From the NCBI GenBank assembly GCA_964573255.1, contig CAZNJB010000021.1:2098-66097 (forward strand): DNA of 64,000 nt, given 5' to 3'. This document shows positions 31,879-39,513 of this stretch, in pieces. This stretch comes from an uncultured Melioribacteraceae bacterium (GTDB lineage: Bacteria > Bacteroidota > Ignavibacteria > Ignavibacteriales > Melioribacteraceae). The notes under the pieces were generated by a model. The model searched no databases. It was not told the origin of the DNA and was given only the letters and a program-made list of their open reading frames with translations. The stretch's first letter is position 1. Each line of letters begins with the position of its first letter. Made by a program: the position numbers and the translations under genes.

Positions 31879-32772
31879 TTACATTGTTTCAGATTTATCG
31901 GCAAATTTTTCGGTAATATATAAAGAACCTGATACGACGAACAAACCGATAAATAAAAGAATCAAATTTGTTGTTTCTCCGAAAAAAAGAACCGAGACGA
32001 AAACGGCAAGAGGAATTTTAAAATTATTTAGAACACTTAACGCTCCGGCGTTAACTTTCCGCGCTCCGTAATTCCATAAAAAGAACCCGATACCGGAAGG
32101 CAGGATTCCAAGGTAGAGCAGGACAAAAAATTGCTCACTTGTTATTTGAATTTCAGTTAAATCAATCCTAAAAGGTAGATAAATTAAAGTTGCCAAGACT
32201 GCGCCAAAGTATAAAAACGCAAAAATATTTTTATCGTTTACTTCACCTAAATTCGAAAGAATTTTTCTGTATAAAATTTGCCCTGCTGCAAAAGCCAAAT
32301 TGGAAATTTGCACCAATAATATTCCGAGTATAAAATTCTCCGAGGAAATATCCTTGTATAACACTATTCCGGTTCCGATAATGGCTCCCAAACTGGCTAT
32401 TAAATATAATTTATTAAAACGTTTTGAGAGTATTGAATCTACTGCAAAAATGTAAATCGGAGTAAAAACGGTCAAGAGAGCAATTTCGAATGCTTTTAAA
32501 TATTGGTAAGCCGAAATGTAGGAGATGTACATTATCCCGTACTGGAGACCACCTGTAAGAATTAAAGAAATTACATTTTTGAGTTTTAAATTTTTTAATC
32601 TTAAAAGTGGAAGAAAAATCACTAGGGATATGAATAATCTAATAAAAGCGACCAATACAGGGTCAATTGAAGTAAGATTAGTTTTGATCAAACCGAATGA
32701 AAAAGCCCAGATAAGTGAAACTATAATTAAATAGACCAAAATTACTCCAATAATTAAAAAATAATTGGTCAA
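31879..32772 (-). CDS. EamA/DMT-superfamily transporter
   Basis: 297 aa with 10 TM segments in two 5-TM halves. TTG start with no SD. Confidence 0.8.
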   Translation of the reverse strand: MTNYFLIIGVILVYLIIVSLIWAFSFGLIKTNLTSIDPVLVAFIRLFISLVIFLPLLRLKNLKLKNVISLILTGGLQYGIMYISYISAYQYLKAFEIALLTVFTPIYIFAVDSILSKRFNKLYLIASLGAIIGTGIVLYKDISSENFILGILLVQISNLAFAAGQILYRKILSNLGEVNDKNIFAFLYFGAVLATLIYLPFRIDLTEIQITSEQFFVLLYLGILPSGIGFFLWNYGARKVNAGALSVLNNFKIPLAVFVSVLFFGETTNLILLFIGLFVVSGSLYITEKFADKSETM

Positions 32773-32828
32773 AATTAGAAAAAGAATAATTGAGATGCGG
32801 GAAAAAATAATTTTGGAAATAAGGTGAT

Positions 32829-32859
32829 AAAAAAAATGCCCGGCTTGGGAGGCCGGGCA
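32829..32859 (-). terminator. Orphan intrinsic terminator in the leader upstream of the EamA gene (attenuator, riboswitch expression platform or sRNA 3' end)
   Basis: On the minus strand, UGCCCGGC-(7 nt)-GCCGGGCA forms an 8-bp GC-rich stem followed by 8 U. It lies 57 nt upstream of the EamA TTG, in otherwise AT-rich DNA. Confidence 0.6.
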
Positions 32860-33132
32860 CTATCCACTCACTAACAAAGGGTCCACTTCACTCATGAAAA
32901 GCACACGCTTTAACTATAACAACTTGCGTGCCAATAATTAATATTCACTATAGGATATATAAAATAGAATTTGACTCGATAACTAATTTTCATTTTTGAG
33001 AAAGTAAGATATTTTATACCATTATCAAGAAATATTCGATTAACTTAACAGTTGGAATAATGTTTCTACTTAATAAATTTGATTAAATATTACCCTATTA
33101 GTATATTTTGAAGCAAATATGTAGGAGAAAAT

Positions 33133-34548
33133 ATGCGGATATTTAACACGCTGACACGTAAAAAAGAAGAATTTCTTCCTCTAGAGGAAGGAAAAGTAAG
33201 AATGTATGTATGTGGTCCGACTGTATATGATTATTTCCATATTGGGAATGCTCGCTCGTTTTTGATGGCGGATATTATCCAAAGATATTTCCGTTACAAG
33301 GGGTATGAAGTTACTTTTGCGATGAATTTGACGGATGTGGACGATAAAATTATTAAAAAAGCAAATGAAGAAGGTGTAAGTGCCAATGAGATTGCAAAGA
33401 GATATACAGAAGCTTTTTTTGAGGATATCGAAAAATTAAAAGTAAAAAAAGCCGATATTTATCCCCGTGCAACGGAGCATATGGAGGAAATTATTAGTCT
33501 TGTTAAAAAGCTAGAAGAGAAAGGACAGGCGTATTCAGTTGATGGGGATGTGTTCTTTAATGTGAATAAATTTGAAGAGTACGGAAAATTAAGCCGGAAA
33601 AAGTTGGATGAATTGGAAGCCGGTGCTCGTATTGATGTAAATGAGAAAAAGGCAAATCCTCTCGATTTTGCACTTTGGAAAAAGGCAAAACCTGATGAAC
33701 CCAAATGGGAAAGTCCGTGGGGCGATGGACGCCCGGGTTGGCACATTGAATGTTCGGCTATGAGTATGAAGCATTTAGGTGAAAGCTTCGATATTCATGC
33801 CGGAGGTCACGACCTTATTTTCCCGCATCACGAAAATGAAATAGCACAGTCGGAAGGCGCTACTGGAAAACCATTTGTGAAGTATTGGATACATTTCGGG
33901 TTCTTGAATATTCAAAATGAAAAAATGTCCAAATCTCTAGGCAACTTTTTTACAGCAAGAGATATATTAAAAAAATATCCTGCAGAAGCAATTAGATTAT
34001 TTTTCTGTCAAACGCACTATGCATCGCCTCTAAGTTTTAGCGATCAATTACTCGATACAGCAGTTAAAGCGCTTGAAAAGTTCAAAAATTTCATTCAAAC
34101 TATCGGCGAAAACCTTTCTTCTGCAGCTGGGGATGGTATTTATCCTGAATTCGATATTAAAGCGTATTACGATAAATTTGACGCGGCAATGGATGATGAT
34201 TTCAATACTCCGAAAGCTGTGGCGGTAATATTCGATTTTATGAAGGATGTAAATAAAACGATTTCATCAACTCAAAATATTGGCAGTAAATTTTACGAGG
34301 ATGTTTTAGCCTTCATAAATAAAACCGCAGAAGGAGTATTGGGCATTTTGCCTGAAGTTAAATCCGATGAAGATTCCTCCGCATCCCTTGAGAATGAGCT
34401 TATTCAATTATTAATCGATTTAAGGTTGAAAGCCAGAGCGGAAAAGAATTATCAAATGGCTGATGAAATAAGGGATAAGATGGCAGAACTTGGATTACTT
34501 CTGCAAGATAGCAAGGAAGGAACCAAAGTAAAACGAGTTAATAGGTGA
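33133..34548 (+). CDS. cysS: Cysteinyl-tRNA synthetase
   Basis: Class I HIGN motif (YDYFHIGNARSF). Zn-site CGPTVYD and HIECSAM. KMSKS motif. AGGAGA SD. Confidence 0.98.
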   Translation: MRIFNTLTRKKEEFLPLEEGKVRMYVCGPTVYDYFHIGNARSFLMADIIQRYFRYKGYEVTFAMNLTDVDDKIIKKANEEGVSANEIAKRYTEAFFEDIEKLKVKKADIYPRATEHMEEIISLVKKLEEKGQAYSVDGDVFFNVNKFEEYGKLSRKKLDELEAGARIDVNEKKANPLDFALWKKAKPDEPKWESPWGDGRPGWHIECSAMSMKHLGESFDIHAGGHDLIFPHHENEIAQSEGATGKPFVKYWIHFGFLNIQNEKMSKSLGNFFTARDILKKYPAEAIRLFFCQTHYASPLSFSDQLLDTAVKALEKFKNFIQTIGENLSSAAGDGIYPEFDIKAYYDKFDAAMDDDFNTPKAVAVIFDFMKDVNKTISSTQNIGSKFYEDVLAFINKTAEGVLGILPEVKSDEDSSASLENELIQLLIDLRLKARAEKNYQMADEIRDKMAELGLLLQDSKEGTKVKRVNR

Positions 34549-34916
34549 GGCTAAAGATTTCTCAAATTTATACAATTATCGGAGTTCTTTTTGTTACTAT
34601 TTATATAGTATGGTATTTTTTTTTCAATATTTATGAGGTTTCTTTTTTTATTGAGCCGAAAAAAGAAAAATACCATGCAGGCGAACAACTTTTAATAACT
34701 CTTTATCCGTTAAATTCATTTGGAAAATTGATAAAAAAAAGAGAAGTTGCAATTGAATTTGAAATTCTCGACGGAGATAGCCTTCTCGAAACTGAGATAA
34801 TAGATAAAAATAAGTTAAAAATTAAATTTTTATCCAATGGAAATGTTAAAATTCGTTGCGATTCAAAATATTCACTTAAACCGACTATTTTTAATTTTTC
34901 CGTTGAAAGTGACTAA
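34545..34916 (+). CDS. Hypothetical single-pass membrane protein with a small beta-sandwich-like ectodomain
   Basis: The GTG start overlaps the cysS stop (GTGA). TM segment IYTIIGVLFVTIYIVWYFFF, then beta-rich sequence. Confidence 0.55.
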   Translation: MRLKISQIYTIIGVLFVTIYIVWYFFFNIYEVSFFIEPKKEKYHAGEQLLITLYPLNSFGKLIKKREVAIEFEILDGDSLLETEIIDKNKLKIKFLSNGNVKIRCDSKYSLKPTIFNFSVESD

Positions 34917-34931
34917 CAATTTGGGGTTGAA

Positions 34932-35705
34932 ATGAGAAAAGCACTAATTGCAATTTTCGTTATTACAATACTTGGGGTTAACAATTTTGCGCAGGGAACA
35001 GCGGGAACGGATGCAAAATTCGAATACCGTTCGCTGGTGGATTTACCGAGCGCAGGGATTCTGGAAAAGGGTTATGTTGGAGTTGCTTTGGATGTTTTAC
35101 CTTACGGTGTACTTATTTCGAAAATTGAGGTAGGTGTTTTTGAAAATTTTAGTTTCGGTATTTCTTTCGGCGGGGAAAATATTATTGGTTCCGGACAAAT
35201 CAGCTGGTATAAATTACCTGGTGTGAATGTAAGGGCGAGAATAATAAATGAAACTGAATCCTTACCCGCATTAACCCTCGGTTTCGATTCTCAAGGTAAA
35301 GGTCTTTATTTCGATTCGTATAAACGTTACGAAATTAAATCTCCCGGATTTTATGCCGCTGCAGCCAAAAATTTTGAGTTTTTAGGATATTTAAGTGTTC
35401 ATGGAATTGTAAATTATTCACTGGAACGCAAAGATGGAGATAAGGACTTGGACATTGGCATCGGAATAGAAAAAACAATCGGTTCCAGGGTTTCCTTGAT
35501 TGCGGAATATGATTTTGCAGTGAACGATAATAACGGAAATGCACTTGGCGATGGCAACGGTTACCTTAATATGGGGATCCGTTGGTCGGTAGGGGAAGGT
35601 TTTACTGTTGGACTCGATTTGCGTGATATGCTCGATAATAAAAAAATAAATTCAAATAAAGCCGATAGGGCAATATTCGTTGAATATATCAAATCGATAT
35701 TCTGA
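34932..35705 (+). CDS. Hypothetical outer-membrane beta-barrel protein
   Basis: Signal peptide ending in NNFAQG, alternating beta-strand pattern, and a C-terminal aromatic end ...YIKSIF. Confidence 0.6.
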   Translation: MRKALIAIFVITILGVNNFAQGTAGTDAKFEYRSLVDLPSAGILEKGYVGVALDVLPYGVLISKIEVGVFENFSFGISFGGENIIGSGQISWYKLPGVNVRARIINETESLPALTLGFDSQGKGLYFDSYKRYEIKSPGFYAAAAKNFEFLGYLSVHGIVNYSLERKDGDKDLDIGIGIEKTIGSRVSLIAEYDFAVNDNNGNALGDGNGYLNMGIRWSVGEGFTVGLDLRDMLDNKKINSNKADRAIFVEYIKSIF

Positions 35706-35838
35706 TGTAGTCTAAAATGTACATATTTGTTTAATTACTATACATTTTAAATGCGTCAGTCCTCAAAATTACTTGTAAACCTCATTTAATTCAGGCATAA
35801 TAATTGATTATTATGGTTAAACCATGAGAGGAATAAAA

Positions 35839-36975
35839 ATGAAAAATTTCAGAATCTTATTAGTGTTAATTTTTCTTGCTTCGCTTTCCGGATGTTATAC
35901 TCAATTAGCGGTAAGAGGCTATGATGAAGAAGTTTATGAAGAAAATTCCGATAGCGAAGTTGTTTACGATGAAAACGAAGAAGAATTTAACGAGGATGAA
36001 TATTATGAAGAGGATGAGGATTCGGATGTTATAATTAATAATTATTACGACTACGATACATTTTGGGATTATCATTATAGAAGTAGATATTTCTGGAGCG
36101 GTTATTATCCCGGTTTTTATCTTTCAATCGGTCATATATATTATGATTATTATGCATACGATCCTTGGGGATGGTATTACAATCCATATTATTCATATGT
36201 GTATTGGAATCCTTTCCCTGTTTATTATGATCCCTGGTATTACGGAGGCGGATATTATATAGGCAGTACATTCAGTCCGCATAAATACCGTTCTCGCTCT
36301 TGGACTCGATTGCGAAATACTCGCGGAAGAGGATTGGCAAGTAGTTTTGTTGGTCGCGACAGGGGATCTCGTATAAATATTGGAGATACTGAAAGAAATC
36401 CAAGAAAAAGAAATTTAACTGATACTGAACTTAGACCCGGTAGAAATATTATTGAAGGAGCCGGTTCGGCTAATATCAGTTTAGCCAGACCTTCCAAAAA
36501 TACTAAAATCGAATCTTTTAACAGAAAAGATAAGAAGAGGATAGAGAGCAGAAAACCCGGTCGTAGATTAAAAGGGAATAAAGAAGTAGTTTCTGCTGAC
36601 AGGAAGGATAAATCGAAGATTATTTCGAGAAACGGAATTAAGCAGGAAAGACCAAAATATAAATATAAAGTTAAGAAAAAAGAATATAAGGCTTCGAAAA
36701 GCAGAAAAATTAGTAAAAAGAAGCATTCTTATTATAAACCCCGCAGTTCAAAATCGGGTAAGAGCCATTCAGTCCATAAGAGAAAAAGTACGAGGAAAGG
36801 AAGTAGCTATTCAAAACCGAGGAGTGGAAGGAGTAAATCATACTCTACTCCAAGGAGCAGTTCAAGAGGAAGAAGTTATTCTTCACCTCGTAGTTCAAGT
36901 GGCAGATCGTCGGGATCTTCTTCAAGAAGTTCGGGTTCTTCAAGAAAATCTTCAGGCGGTAGTAGAAGAAGATAG
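35839..36975 (+). CDS. Lipoprotein with separate acidic, Tyr/Trp-rich and Arg/Ser/Lys-rich low-complexity zones
   Basis: The ATG at 35839 follows an AGAGGA SD. Lipobox LSGC. Composition is described in the findings. Confidence 0.7.
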   Translation: MKNFRILLVLIFLASLSGCYTQLAVRGYDEEVYEENSDSEVVYDENEEEFNEDEYYEEDEDSDVIINNYYDYDTFWDYHYRSRYFWSGYYPGFYLSIGHIYYDYYAYDPWGWYYNPYYSYVYWNPFPVYYDPWYYGGGYYIGSTFSPHKYRSRSWTRLRNTRGRGLASSFVGRDRGSRINIGDTERNPRKRNLTDTELRPGRNIIEGAGSANISLARPSKNTKIESFNRKDKKRIESRKPGRRLKGNKEVVSADRKDKSKIISRNGIKQERPKYKYKVKKKEYKASKSRKISKKKHSYYKPRSSKSGKSHSVHKRKSTRKGSSYSKPRSGRSKSYSTPRSSSRGRSYSSPRSSSGRSSGSSSRSSGSSRKSSGGSRRR

Positions 36976-36981
36976 AATTTA

Positions 36982-37003
36982 GCGGCGTTATCTTTTGCGC
37001 CGC
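36982..37003 (+). other. GC-rich intercistronic hairpin
   Basis: GCGGCG (36982-36987) pairs with CGCCGC (36998-37003) across a 10-nt loop. No T-tract. It lies about 15 nt upstream of the next gene's AGGAG SD. Confidence 0.35.
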
Positions 37004-37031
37004 ACCTCTATTGTTGATTAGGAGAATTAAA

Positions 37032-38486
37032 ATGAAACGAAAATTCAATTTTTATGGCATTGCATTATTTTTATTATCTTTTGCAATAACAATAAATGCC
37101 CAAAATTTAAACGATGCATTTAGATTAGCACAGCCATCACTCGGTATCTCCGCTAGAGCGATGGGTATGGGTAATGCATTTTCTGCTGTAGGCGGAGATT
37201 TTAGCGCTTCATATTATAATCCTGCCGGTTTGGGTTTGATTAAAAAGTCTGAACTTATGGGAGGATTTAATTACAATTCAATAAAAAACAATACGACTTT
37301 CTTTAATAATACAAGCGATTTTACTCTCAGTAATACGACTCTCAATCAATTCGGATTTGCTTTCCCTTTCCCCGTAGTAAGAGGTAGTTTGGTTGCTGCG
37401 TTCGGGTATAACAGGTCCCATGATTTTAGCAATTCACTCAACTTCAATGCTTATAACAGAAATAATAATTCAATGATTCAAGATTTAGCATTTAATAATA
37501 GCGATCTTGCTTATGAGTTGGGATTGAGTTATCCTCTTTATGACGGTTCCGGGAATTATATGAAAGATACGACGTTGATCAATGGTTCACTAAATCAACG
37601 GGGATCTTTGATTGATGAAGGCGGAATTGATAATTGGACTTTAGCCGGAGCTGTTGAAATTGCTAAAAATGTGTTTGCCGGTGTTACTCTAAACATTATC
37701 TCCGGTTCATATAAAAGCACAAGAGATTATTACGAGGAAGATGTAAACGATAATTATACTGCGAATTTACGTCTTGATCCGGAAGATTCGAGAACCGCAG
37801 ATTTCCAATCATTTTATTTCAACGATAATTTAGGTTGGGATATATCAGGTTGGGAAGTTAAATTAGGATTACTCTACAGTTTGAACAAAAATATCAATTT
37901 ATCTACAGCGATTAAATTCCCCACTTTCTTCACAATTAAAGAATCGTACAGTGTTTACGGAGAAAGTTATTTTGGCAATGCATCATTTAATTTTGATCCT
38001 GCCTACTATGACGAAATAGAATATGATATCAAAACTCCTTATGAGTTTTCATTAGGAATTAGCGGAAAGTTAGCCGGACTGAGATTATCTGCTGATTTTA
38101 ATTTTATTGACTACACTCAATTAAAATTTGACGGAGGTTTAGATGCTGCGCTTGAAGCAGCGAATAATCGTGATATAAGAAGAGAATTTAGAAGTGTTGT
38201 AAATTATTCTACCGGTTTGGAATTTAAGTTACCTATTTTCGGAATTACTCTTAGATCTGGTTACATCCTCAATAAATCTCCATACAAAGTGGATGGGGAT
38301 GATTTCAATAAGAAATTTTATACTTTCGGTCTGGGATTCAAGCCTGACAGAAATATAGCTTTGGATTTCGCTTATTTGAGAGGCAGTTGGAAGGACTATT
38401 CGGATAATTATGGTGTGAATTTATCCAGAGTCGAACAAAATATTGATAAAAACAGATACGTTTTGACTATTACATATAATTACTGA
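37032..38486 (+). CDS. FadL/PorV-like outer-membrane beta-barrel protein
   Basis: Signal peptide ending in INAQ. The N-terminal plug-like motif LGISARAMGMGNAFSAVGGDFSASYYNPAGLG resembles the FadL/PorV/UPF0164 class. Ends ...TITYNY. Confidence 0.6.
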   Translation: MKRKFNFYGIALFLLSFAITINAQNLNDAFRLAQPSLGISARAMGMGNAFSAVGGDFSASYYNPAGLGLIKKSELMGGFNYNSIKNNTTFFNNTSDFTLSNTTLNQFGFAFPFPVVRGSLVAAFGYNRSHDFSNSLNFNAYNRNNNSMIQDLAFNNSDLAYELGLSYPLYDGSGNYMKDTTLINGSLNQRGSLIDEGGIDNWTLAGAVEIAKNVFAGVTLNIISGSYKSTRDYYEEDVNDNYTANLRLDPEDSRTADFQSFYFNDNLGWDISGWEVKLGLLYSLNKNINLSTAIKFPTFFTIKESYSVYGESYFGNASFNFDPAYYDEIEYDIKTPYEFSLGISGKLAGLRLSADFNFIDYTQLKFDGGLDAALEAANNRDIRREFRSVVNYSTGLEFKLPIFGITLRSGYILNKSPYKVDGDDFNKKFYTFGLGFKPDRNIALDFAYLRGSWKDYSDNYGVNLSRVEQNIDKNRYVLTITYNY

Positions 38487-38507
38487 TAAAAATATTGACT
38501 CTAACGT

Positions 38508-38538
38508 AAAAGCATCTTAATTTCGAGATGCTTTTTTT
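38508..38538 (+). terminator. Rho-independent terminator of the envelope cluster
   Basis: AAAAGCATCT (38508-38517) pairs with AGATGCTTTT (38526-38535) across an 8-nt loop, within a run of 7 T. Confidence 0.85.
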
Positions 38539-38559
38539 ATTTTAAACACGGAGGAAATA

Positions 38560-39513
38560 ATTCGCGGTAAAGTTATTCGCATAGAAAGCAAAGATTATTA
38601 TATACTGACTGAAGATAACAAAGTTATCAGGTCGGTTCTTAGAGGGAAGATTAAAAACGAACTTTATCTGAAAAAAAACAAATTATATTTGTTAGATCCC
38701 GTAGCAGTAGGGGATGAAGTCGAATTTGATTTAAATTTCGATTCCACCGGGTCAATTGTAAAAATCATTGAGAGAGAAAATTATCTTTCCAGAAAAGCTC
38801 CACGCTTAAAAGGAGCATCTTTCCGCGGAGAACGGCTCGAACAGATTATCGCTTCGAATTTAGATCAATTGTTTATCGTATCGAGTATTGAGCATCCGGC
38901 TTTTAATAACAGGCTTATCGATAGGATAATTGTTGCGGCGGAAAGTGGAGGCATTGAAACGAAAATAATCATCAATAAATCCGATTTGGACAAGAATGAT
39001 AAAATTAAAAAATGGGATAAACTGTACAGTGATATAGGATATCAAGTTTTTGTTACTAGTGCGACTGAAGAGAAAGGTTTGGAAGAATTATCGGAACAAT
39101 TTACAGGAAAAACAACTTGTTTTTGGGGGCAATCGGGAGTAGGGAAATCTTCATTGTTGAATAGATTATTTCCTCAGTTGAAATTAAAAGTAGGCGAAGT
39201 TAGCGATTATAGCAGTAAAGGCAGACACACTACGGTGACTGTACAGATGTATAAAATTAACGAAAACACTCATGTGGTTGACACACCCGGGATAAGAGAA
39301 ATTGAACCTTACGGAATAAGGAAAGAAGACCTAGGGCATTATTTCGTTGAGTTTTCGGAATACATATTAAACTGTAAATTTAATTCGTGTACACATAATC
39401 ATGAGCCCGGCTGTGCAGTTGTTAGAGCTGTTGAAGAAGGAATTATATCGCAAGAAAGATATATTAGTTATTTGAATTTATTGGCAACTATAGAAGCAGA
39501 TATTAATTTTTAA
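38560..39513 (+). CDS. rsgA: Ribosome small-subunit-dependent GTPase A, apparently starting at a non-canonical ATT codon
   Basis: Circularly permuted GTPase motifs NKSDL and GQSGVGKSSL. C-terminal Zn knuckle CKFNSCTHNHEPGC. The OB-fold N-terminus (RGKVIRIESKDYYILTEDNKVIRSVLRGK) is encoded upstream of the first canonical start, TTG 38689. GGAGG at 38550-38554 lies 5 nt before ATT 38560. Confidence 0.8.
   Translation: MRGKVIRIESKDYYILTEDNKVIRSVLRGKIKNELYLKKNKLYLLDPVAVGDEVEFDLNFDSTGSIVKIIERENYLSRKAPRLKGASFRGERLEQIIASNLDQLFIVSSIEHPAFNNRLIDRIIVAAESGGIETKIIINKSDLDKNDKIKKWDKLYSDIGYQVFVTSATEEKGLEELSEQFTGKTTCFWGQSGVGKSSLLNRLFPQLKLKVGEVSDYSSKGRHTTVTVQMYKINENTHVVDTPGIREIEPYGIRKEDLGHYFVEFSEYILNCKFNSCTHNHEPGCAVVRAVEEGIISQERYISYLNLLATIEADINF

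Noticed and set aside
32678-32860. 60-aa minus-strand ORF spanning the terminator hairpin and the EamA 5' end.
   Set aside because: It is out of frame with the EamA gene and Phe/Tyr/Asn-rich. It begins inside the GC hairpin and has no SD. The region is better explained as non-coding leader.
35713-35749. 9-bp AT-only inverted repeat (TAAAATGTA...TACATTTTA) and a small ATGGTT-A-AACCAT palindrome (about 35811-35823) upstream of the lipoprotein gene.
   Set aside because: Both are very AT-rich and short, with a large 19-nt loop in the first. They could be operator-like, but they cannot be told apart from background in roughly 30-35% GC DNA without conservation data.
36035-36497. Minus-strand ORFs of 78 and 80 aa inside the three-zone lipoprotein gene.
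   Set aside because: They are shadow ORFs of a repetitive TAT/GAA-rich coding region. The plus-strand frame has an SD, a lipobox and continuous low-complexity logic.
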